Positions 57,274-64,000 of a stretch of DNA of 64,000 nt are shown here, piece after piece. The stretch is from Candidatus Delongbacteria bacterium (GTDB lineage Bacteria > CAIWAD01), in the NCBI GenBank assembly GCA_963663545.1, contig OY760505.1, positions 2,560,001 to 2,624,000 of the forward strand. The letters run 5' to 3'. The translations under genes and the position numbers were made by a program. The stretch's first letter is position 1. Every line of letters starts with the position of its first letter. Under the pieces are notes generated by a model. The model worked only from the letters and a program-made list of their open reading frames with translations, was not told the origin of the DNA and did no database searches.

Positions 57274-57284
57274 GCTTCCTCCCA

Positions 57285-58397
57285 TCAGCGACGCTGGCGC
57301 GCCGTTATACCCAGAGCCACGCAGAATACCAAGCCAAGGAGTACAGCGACCTGCCCCCAGATGCCCGGGCCACCCATCTGCAAGGTACCATCCACAAGCT
57401 TGTCAGGGCCGGCGGCCAGGAACCAGTTGTGTGAGAGTGCCGCACCCACCAGCATTCCCAAGACGAAAACAGCTGCATCGCCGTCGCCTTCACCGGAGAG
57501 GATCAATTGCCGGCCAGGGCATCCACCCGCCAATGCAAAGGCACATCCGGCGAGTACCATTCCCAGGAAATTCCATAACCAATTGCTGTGTGACACAGGC
57601 ATTGCGCTGTACCCGATGTGAAATGCGCCAAGAGCCACATTTGCAGCGAAGGCGACAATGACAAGCGCTGCAATGCCTGAGAGCAGATGCGTATCACGAA
57701 TCAGTAATGTATCACGAATGGCACCCATCGTGCAGAAACGCGTGCGCTGGGCCATCGCACCGATCAGCAGTCCCACGCCAAGACTGATCCAGAGAGGCGC
57801 GTGCATGGCGCCGGGACCTTTGGCCGAGAAGAAAATCGCCTGATCAGGTTTGAAGTGTACACCAAAGACCAGAAGCAACAGAAAGGTCAGCATCAGCAAG
57901 GGCATACTCCAGCCGACTGCTGCTGGAGCGGCCTGGCTGCGACCAAGTGTGTAGCCACGTTTCAGAAACCAGCCTCCCAGTCCGACGCCGACGACCAATC
58001 CGCCCAGACCAACAAGTGAGTTCAGATCCCCACCGGCCAGCCGCAGCAGAGCCCGCCAGGGACAGCCCAGAAAGACGAGGGCCCCGACCATGGCGAAAAT
58101 GCCCAGCAGGAAACGCACTATGGGAGCGGATCCCGTGCGAGGACGCCATTCGCGAGCGATGAGCGCAGACAGCATTGATCCACCGACGAAGCCGATGATT
58201 TCGGGCCGCATGTATTGCACTACAGCTGCCCTGTGCAGGCCGATGGCGCCCGCGATGTCGCGAGTGAAGCAGGCGACGCAGACACCCATGTTTGGCGGGT
58301 TGCCTAGCTTCTGTAGCAGCACAGCCAGCAGCCCGATGAGGCCGCCGACGGTAATGATGCCTTTGCGCGATGCCAGAAAGCGGGAGATGGGATGCAT
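57285..58397 (-). CDS. yedE: YedE-family putative selenium transporter
   Basis: Start ATG 58397 (SD GGAGG); GNPPNMGVCVACF.RDIAGA, QYMRPEI, GCPWR, QRTRFC, GGCPGRQL. Confidence 0.9.
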   Translation of the reverse strand: MHPISRFLASRKGIITVGGLIGLLAVLLQKLGNPPNMGVCVACFTRDIAGAIGLHRAAVVQYMRPEIIGFVGGSMLSALIAREWRPRTGSAPIVRFLLGIFAMVGALVFLGCPWRALLRLAGGDLNSLVGLGGLVVGVGLGGWFLKRGYTLGRSQAAPAAVGWSMPLLMLTFLLLLVFGVHFKPDQAIFFSAKGPGAMHAPLWISLGVGLLIGAMAQRTRFCTMGAIRDTLLIRDTHLLSGIAALVIVAFAANVALGAFHIGYSAMPVSHSNWLWNFLGMVLAGCAFALAGGCPGRQLILSGEGDGDAAVFVLGMLVGAALSHNWFLAAGPDKLVDGTLQMGGPGIWGQVAVLLGLVFCVALGITARQRR

Positions 58398-58927
58398 TGG
58401 ACCTCCAGGGAGGAACCTGCCGCGGTGCGATCCGGATGAATGCGGGAAGGAAGAAAATGAGGAGAGTAGTGCCGTGGCATGGTGAACCTCAGGGTTGCGA
58501 ACTTTGTGTTCGAGCAACGACCGTTGCCCGCCGGCTACGCCGGATGACAGCTAATGATGAGGGTGAGTATTGAATCGCATGACGTCTCCTATGTTGTGCC
58601 CAAGATAGGTCATCGACTGCAGTTGCGCTGCCCAAAACACCTCTGTGAAGATTTCTGGATTTTCGTTCACGCGAAGTCAGGGTGTGTATTCTCCGTTACA
58701 CAGAACAGACTTAGTTCGACCTTTGGCGGTTGGCCCTCCGGGATTTGTCCGGAGGCCGTTTCCCGTGGATTTCACGGCTAACATTACTGCGTGATGGATA
58801 ACTTCGCCTAGATATTGACCCCGTGAGCTGCCTAGCTTAAACATTCACATCCGCCCGACGGTGGATACTCCCGATGACCAGGCGTCCCTTTCCGCTGAGG
58901 GGCGCTGTGATACACCCTTCACGGGTA

Positions 58928-59479
58928 ATGGGTAGCAAGTTGTTGCATCACAGCCGGTCGCAGCCGGCGAAGGGAGGCATCATCGCCACCAGGACCAATA
59001 GTAAAGGCTCCGCTCCGGGTGCGCATCTGCGTGCGCTCGCCGAGGCTAAGGGCCGCCTGATTCCGCTTCTGCAGGAGACGCAGGCGGAACACGGATACAT
59101 TCCGCGCGAGCTGATCCCCGGCATCGCACGGGAGACAGGAGTGGCCGAGGCCGAGATTTTCGGCGTTATCACGTTCTATAGCCAGTTCCGTCTGAAGCCC
59201 ATGGGGAAGTACGTTGTGCGCGTCTGCGCAGGTACTGCGTGTCACGTGTCCGGAGGTCACACCATTCTCGAAGTGATTGAGGACGAGCTTGGAGTGAAGG
59301 TCGGTGACACAACGGAGGATGGGCTTTTTACGCTCTTCACCGTAGCCTGTATCGGCTGCTGTTCCCTGGCTCCCGTCATCATGATTAACGAGGAGACCCA
59401 CGGCAAACTAACCGCCGCTTCGGTGCGCAAGCTGTTCAAGAACATCAGGCGCAACGAGCAAGTGGCACAGCAGGCCTGA
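58928..59479 (+). CDS. NuoE/HydC-like [2Fe-2S] subunit (StnA-like); start uncertain
   Basis: LIPLLQETQ...GYIP, TFYSQF, VCAGTACHV.G, VACIGCCSLAP. Confidence 0.9.
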   Translation: MGSKLLHHSRSQPAKGGIIATRTNSKGSAPGAHLRALAEAKGRLIPLLQETQAEHGYIPRELIPGIARETGVAEAEIFGVITFYSQFRLKPMGKYVVRVCAGTACHVSGGHTILEVIEDELGVKVGDTTEDGLFTLFTVACIGCCSLAPVIMINEETHGKLTAASVRKLFKNIRRNEQVAQQA

Positions 59480-59492
59480 CAGGAGAGCACGC

Positions 59493-61271
59493 ATGAAGAA
59501 ACTCATTGTTGGAACGGGCACATGCGGTCTGTCCGCCGGAGCCGGAGCGACGCAAAAACACCTGCAGGAGCTGGTCGGCCAGCACCCGGGTGTTGCCGAG
59601 CTCGGTATCACGGGCTGCATCGGCATGTGTTACGTCGAACCGCTTGTGGAAGTGCGCGACGGTGACACACGCACTATCTATGGATGTGTCACGCCAAAGC
59701 TTGCCGAAGAAATCTTCAACGAGCATGTGTTGGGTGATAAAGTGCTGAGCGAGCACGTTGTCTATGCAAGCGATGGTGATACAATCACCGGCGGTAGCGA
59801 GCAGGATTTTCTGGGACGACAGCAGCGCATTGTGTTGCGCAACTGCGGCGTTATCAACCCCGAGTCCATTGAGGAATATGAAGAGCGCGGCGGCTATGTG
59901 GGCCTGCGGCGCGCGTTGAAGGAAATGACGCCCGGCCAGGTAATCGACGAGGTCAAGGCCTCCGGTCTGCGTGGTCGCGGAGGTGCTGGCTTCCCTACTG
60001 GAACCAAATGGGGCTTTGCCGCATCGTATCACGCCGATCAGAAGTACGTGGTCTGCAACGCCGACGAAGGTGACCCAGGTGCCTTCATGGATCGCAGCGT
60101 GCTGGAAGGCGACCCTCACGCGGTGCTCGAAGGCATGATCATTTGCGGTCGAGCCATTGGTGCTACGCAGGGCTACATCTACTGTCGCGCTGAGTATCCG
60201 CTGGCTATTCGACGCCTGGAGCGTGCCATTGCGCAGGCGCGCGAGCGTGGCTACCTGGGCGCGAACGTGTGTGACGCCGGTTTCAGTTTCAACATCAAGG
60301 TGAAACAGGGCGCAGGCGCTTTCGTCTGCGGCGAGGAAACCGCACTCTTCGCTTCCATCGAGGGCGAGCGTGGCATGCCGCGTATCCGTCCGCCCTTCCC
60401 GGCCGAGAGCGGTCTGTGGAAGTCGCCGACCAACAACAACAACGTCGAGACCTACGCCAACGTACCCTGGATTATTCGCGAGGGTGCCAAGGCCTATTCA
60501 TCGCTGGGAACTGAAGACAGTCCCGGCACCAAGGTCTTCGCACTAGCCGGTCGTGTGAGACGCGGCGGATTGGCGGAAGTGCCCATGGGCATGAGCATCC
60601 GCGAGCTGGTGCTCGAAATCGGCGGAGGCATCAAGGAAGGCCGCGAGTTCAAGGCAGTGCAGATGGGCGGTCCGTCGGGCGGCTGCATTCCAGCAGCTCT
60701 GGCCGACACCAAGGTGGATTTCGCCAGCATTCCGGCTACCGGCGCCATCATGGGTAGCGGCGGTATGGTTGTCATGGACGACACCACCTGCATGGTTGAG
60801 ATCGCCCGCTACTTCTTGAACTTTACCCGCGAAGAAAGCTGCGGCAAGTGCACCTTCTGCCGCCTGGGTACGGTGCGCATGCTGGAAACCCTCGTTCGTA
60901 TCACAGAAGGCAATGGACGCGAGGAAGACATCGAGCTGCTGGAGGACTTGAGCCGCCAGATCATCGACGCCAGCCTCTGCGGTCTGGGCCAGACGGCGCC
61001 CAACCCAGTGCTGACTACGCTGCGCTACTACCGCGACGAGTATTTGGCGCACATTGTGGATCACACCTGTCCCGCCGGCAGCTGCTCGGCGCTGGTGGAC
61101 TTCTTCATTGACGCGGAGAAGTGCACGGGTTGTTCGCGCTGCGCAAAGGACTGTCCCGCCGATGCCATTACCGGCGAGCGGAAGCAGCCCTACGTGATCG
61201 ACAACGAGAAGTGCATCAAGTGCGGCCGCTGCATTGCGAGCTGCAACTTTGACGCGGTTTACAAGAAGTGA
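59493..61271 (+). CDS. NuoF/HydB-like NADH-binding flavoprotein (StnB-like)
   Basis: N-terminal thioredoxin-like 2Fe-2S, SGLRGRGGAGFPTG.KW, NADEGDPG, GAFVCGEETAL, ESCGKCTFCR.G, C-terminal 2x[4Fe-4S]. Confidence 0.94.
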   Translation: MKKLIVGTGTCGLSAGAGATQKHLQELVGQHPGVAELGITGCIGMCYVEPLVEVRDGDTRTIYGCVTPKLAEEIFNEHVLGDKVLSEHVVYASDGDTITGGSEQDFLGRQQRIVLRNCGVINPESIEEYEERGGYVGLRRALKEMTPGQVIDEVKASGLRGRGGAGFPTGTKWGFAASYHADQKYVVCNADEGDPGAFMDRSVLEGDPHAVLEGMIICGRAIGATQGYIYCRAEYPLAIRRLERAIAQARERGYLGANVCDAGFSFNIKVKQGAGAFVCGEETALFASIEGERGMPRIRPPFPAESGLWKSPTNNNNVETYANVPWIIREGAKAYSSLGTEDSPGTKVFALAGRVRRGGLAEVPMGMSIRELVLEIGGGIKEGREFKAVQMGGPSGGCIPAALADTKVDFASIPATGAIMGSGGMVVMDDTTCMVEIARYFLNFTREESCGKCTFCRLGTVRMLETLVRITEGNGREEDIELLEDLSRQIIDASLCGLGQTAPNPVLTTLRYYRDEYLAHIVDHTCPAGSCSALVDFFIDAEKCTGCSRCAKDCPADAITGERKQPYVIDNEKCIKCGRCIASCNFDAVYKK

Positions 61272-61282
61272 GGCGGCCGATA

Positions 61283-64000
61283 ATGGAGAACACAATCCGC
61301 ATCCGAGTAAACGGGCAGGAGATTGAAGCCCGTCAGGGAGCGACGATTCTCGAGGCCGTGCATGAAGCCGGCGTCGATCGAATTCCGACCCTGTGTCACT
61401 CACCCGAACTCAAACCCTATGGATCCTGTTTCGTCTGCACCGTCGAGGTCAAGGGACGGCGCAATCTGGTTCCTGCCTGTGCTACACGCGTGGCACCGGA
61501 CATGGAAGTTGTCACACGCAGCGAGCGCGTGGTCAAGAGCCGTCGCACGGCCTTGGAACTACTGATGTCCAATCACTGGGCCGACTGTGTATCACCGTGC
61601 TCGCTGGCCTGTCCCGCCGACGTGGACTGCCAGGGCTACCTGACCCTGGCCGCGCTGGGCGAAGATCTGGCCGCCGTGGAGCTGATTCGCGAGGTCAATC
61701 CGCTGCCCGCTATCTGCGGTCGCGTTTGCGTGCGCAAGTGTGAGCTGGCCTGCCGTCGTGAAGACGTTGACCAGGAGCCAGTGGGCATCAACGCCATCAA
61801 GCGTCATGTAAGCGATGCACCCGGTATTTACGACAAAGACCCCGAACGCGAACCAGATCGCGGCATGAGCGTGGCCATTATCGGTTCCGGTCCTGCCGGA
61901 CTGACGGCCGCCTACTATCTGGGCCGCAAGGGCTACAATCCCGTGATCTACGAAGCCCAGGAGCGCACGGGCGGCATGTTGCGTTACGGCATTCCGCGCT
62001 ACCGTCTGCCGGATGAAGTCATCGACAAGGAAGTCGACTACGTACGTCGCGCCGGTGTGGATATTCGCACTGGAGTTGCCATCGGACGCGATGTATCACT
62101 GGATCAGCTCCGGCAGGAGCACAAAGCGGTCTTCATTGCAGTAGGTGCCCAGACGGGCAAGCCTATGCGTGTTCCAGGCGAATTCGACACCGAAGGGGTC
62201 GTCACCGGCGCAGACTTCCTGCGGGACAAAACCAACGATCCCACTCCCGTCAAGGGAACCGTGGTCGTAGTTGGCGGTGGTAACACGGCAATGGATGTAG
62301 CACGCACTTCCTGGCGCCTGGGTGCCGACAAGGTAATCGTGCTCTATCGCCGCACGCGTGCCGAAATGCCCGCTGATAAAATGGAAATCGTCGACCTGCT
62401 CGAAGAAGGCATTGAGCTGATGGAGCTAGCCGCCCCGGTCGGCATCGAGGCTGAGAACGGACGTATCACGGGCTTCAACTGCATTCGCATGGAACTGGGT
62501 GAGCCGGACGCATCCGGGCGTCGCCGTCCTGTTGAGAAGGCTGGCAGCGAGTTTGTGCTGCCATGTGATCTGGCGGTGTCCGCCATTGGCCAGGATACGG
62601 TCCTCGACGGAGTGGCCGAGACCGAAGGCAGCACAATTGAACTGACGCGTTGGAAAACCTACGTCGTGAATCCTGAAACCATGGCAACCAACATCGCCGG
62701 TGTTTTTGCCGGTGGTGATGCGGCGGACGACGGCCCGACGGTGGCCGTAGACGCTGTGCGTGACGGACGTCGTGCAGCGCTGGCCATTCACGGATGGCTC
62801 AGTGGTGAAGCCGCTCCCAAGAAGCCCTTTGTAGTACGCAAAGACTTCTGGGATGCGCCCAAACCAGAGGACTTTGCTGTAGTGCGCAACGGCGAGCGTC
62901 GTGAGGTGCACCAAATTGATGTAGCCGCACGTGCCAATTGTTTCTGCGAAGTGGCCGACGGTTTCTCAACAGAGGATGTGATACACGAGCAGGCCCGATG
63001 CCTGTGCTGTGGCTGTGTGCGTTATCACGACTGCGAGTTGCGCTTGCTGGCGGAAGAATACGAAGTGGATATGGATCACTTCAAGGGTGAAGTGAAGAAG
63101 CACAAGGTGGACTACCGCGACGATCGAATTGTCTACGACGCCAACAAGTGTGTGCTCTGTGCCCGTTGCATCCGCACCTGTGGACAGCTGCTGCCCGCAG
63201 TGGCGTTGGGTTTGGTGGATCGAGGTTTTGACACCGAGATGCAACCTGCCATGGAGGACCCGCTGGCGCAGACCACCTGCGTGCACTGCGGCAACTGCGT
63301 TGATGCCTGTCCTACGGCAGCCCTGAGCATCATGCATCCCTTCCCGGCGAGGGCCAGTCTGCATAAGGAAAGCACTTTCAGCCATTGCGGAAGCTGCTCG
63401 CTGAATTGTGCCGTGAACATTGAGACCATCAACCATCAAAACCCGGTGGTCAAGGGCGCTGAGCTAGGCGACTATCTGTGTCACAACGGACGCTTTGCCA
63501 ATGAACTCTTCCTGCGTACACCCCGTGTGATTACACCTCGTGTGGATGGTGGTGATACAAGTTTGGATCAGGCGATTCGAGCTGCTGCTGACAAGTTGCA
63601 GGATGCTGCTCGCAAGCATGGTGTGGACAAGGTGGCGGTGTTTGTATCCCCGGAACTCAGCAGTGAGACTCAGTTTATCGCAGCCCGTGTAGCACGCGAA
63701 GGTCTGGGCACATCGCGCATCGCCTCGCTTTCGCAGATCACAGGAGGCCTGGGTGCCGATCTGAGTGAGCAGCTTGGTTTTACAGCGTCTACCTGTACGG
63801 ACGAAGCTTTGCAGGAAGCGGATCTGATCCTCTGTGATTCGGTCTGGCTGGAGCAGGATCACCTGCCCCTGCAAGCGAAGATTCTGCAGGCGGTGCGTGG
63901 TGGAGCCAGTCTGGTTCTGCGCGGAGACTACTCGGCGGCAATGCAGCGCATGGCGAGTCTTGTGCTTGATCCTAAGCAAGGTGAGACCGCCACGATGTGG
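61283..64000 (+). CDS. Fe-S / GltD-NfnB-like FAD / NuoG-like fusion protein (StnC-like), runs off window end
   Basis: Translated by hand in part from ATG 61283: IPTLCH...CFVC.VE...PAC; PC..ACP..VD; CGRVC...CE..CRR; IGSGPAG; VVGGGNTAMD; YRR; RCL.CGC; KCVLCARC.R.C; CVHCGNCVDACP; CGSCSLNC. No stop for this frame appears in the ORF track. Confidence 0.88.
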   Translation, partial: MENTIRIRVNGQEIEARQGATILEAVHEAGVDRIPTLCHSPELKPYGSCFVCTVEVKGRRNLVPACATRVAPDMEVVTRSERVVKSRRTALELLMSNHWADCVSPCSLACPADVDCQGYLTLAALGEDLAAVELIREVNPLPAICGRVCVRKCELACRREDVDQEPVGINAIKRHVSDAPGIYDKDPEREPDRGMSVAIIGSGPAGLTAAYYLGRKGYNPVIYEAQERTGGMLRYGIPRYRLPDEVIDKEVDYVRRAGVDIRTGVAIGRDVSLDQLRQEHKAVFIAVGAQTGKPMRVPGEFDTEGVVTGADFLRDKTNDPTPVKGTVVVVGGGNTAMDVARTSWRLGADKVIVLYRRTRAEMPADKMEIVDLLEEGIELMELAAPVGIEAENGRITGFNCIRMELGEPDASGRRRPVEKAGSEFVLPCDLAVSAIGQDTVLDGVAETEGSTIELTRWKTYVVNPETMATNIAGVFAGGDAADDGPTVAVDAVRDGRRAALAIHGWLSGEAAPKKPFVVRKDFWDAPKPEDFAVVRNGERREVHQIDVAARANCFCEVADGFSTEDVIHEQARCLCCGCVRYHDCELRLLAEEYEVDMDHFKGEVKKHKVDYRDDRIVYDANKCVLCARCIRTCGQLLPAVALGLVDRGFDTEMQPAMEDPLAQTTCVHCGNCVDACPTAALSIMHPFPARASLHKESTFSHCGSCSLNCAVNIETINHQNPVVKGAELGDYLCHNGRFANELFLRTPRVITPRVDGGDTSLDQAIRAAADKLQDAARKHGVDKVAVFVSPELSSETQFIAARVAREGLGTSRIASLSQITGGLGADLSEQLGFTASTCTDEALQEADLILCDSVWLEQDHLPLQAKILQAVRGGASLVLRGDYSAAMQRMASLVLDPKQGETATMW

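Noticed and set aside
1..64000. CRISPR array, rRNA or diversity-generating retroelement
   Set aside because: I saw no regularly spaced direct repeats, rRNA signatures, reverse transcriptase or TR/VR pair.
58928..64000. Respiratory complex I nuoEFG or [FeFe]-hydrogenase
   Set aside because: The third gene has a GltD/NfnB FAD module and no H-cluster motifs in the visible part; no membrane nuo genes are present.
1..64000. GTGATAC as Chi/KOPS, matS or parS
   Set aside because: No strand bias, and full matS (GTGACRNYGTCAC) or parS (TGTTTCACGTGAAACA) palindromes were not seen; the resemblance is to half-sites only.

Overview
Bacterial chromosomal window, roughly 57% GC by eye. Five secreted proteins carry 'PNPFN(P/G)...LASG.Y' T9SS/FlgD-like C-terminal sorting domains, which suggests an FCB-group lineage such as Delongbacteria, Calditrichota or KSB1 (inference only). 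Left to right it holds: (1) bcp-mutM-ltaE and ferritin; (2) an operon with a DUF151 nuclease, degenerate His-kinase, DUF1844, phosphohexomutase, BMC vertex protein (EutN/CcmL), DeoC with an encapsulation-peptide-like extension, and thymidine phosphorylase; (3) a split class II ribonucleotide reductase (nrdJa/b) under tandem NrdR boxes; (4) tRNA-Lys(CTT) carrying a decayed 8.5-kb island bounded by 45-bp att repeats, with a dead integrase, IS3 and transglycosylase remnants and two beta-helix cargo genes; (5) HDOD and FG-GAP proteins; (6) a TetR-OMF-MFP-RND efflux operon; (7) a 19.5-kb three-gene surface-protein operon sharing five copies of one ~130-aa domain; (8) a selenium cluster (yedE, yedF/tusA, DUF3343, desulfurase, Sec-containing selD); (9) a StnABC/NfnABC-like electron-bifurcating transhydrogenase running off the right end. 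The most striking unexplained signal is the heptamer GTGATAC/GTATCAC (family GTRWYAC). By hand it occurs over 100 times against about 6 expected, without strand bias, inside genes in several frames, and it is nearly absent from the island.
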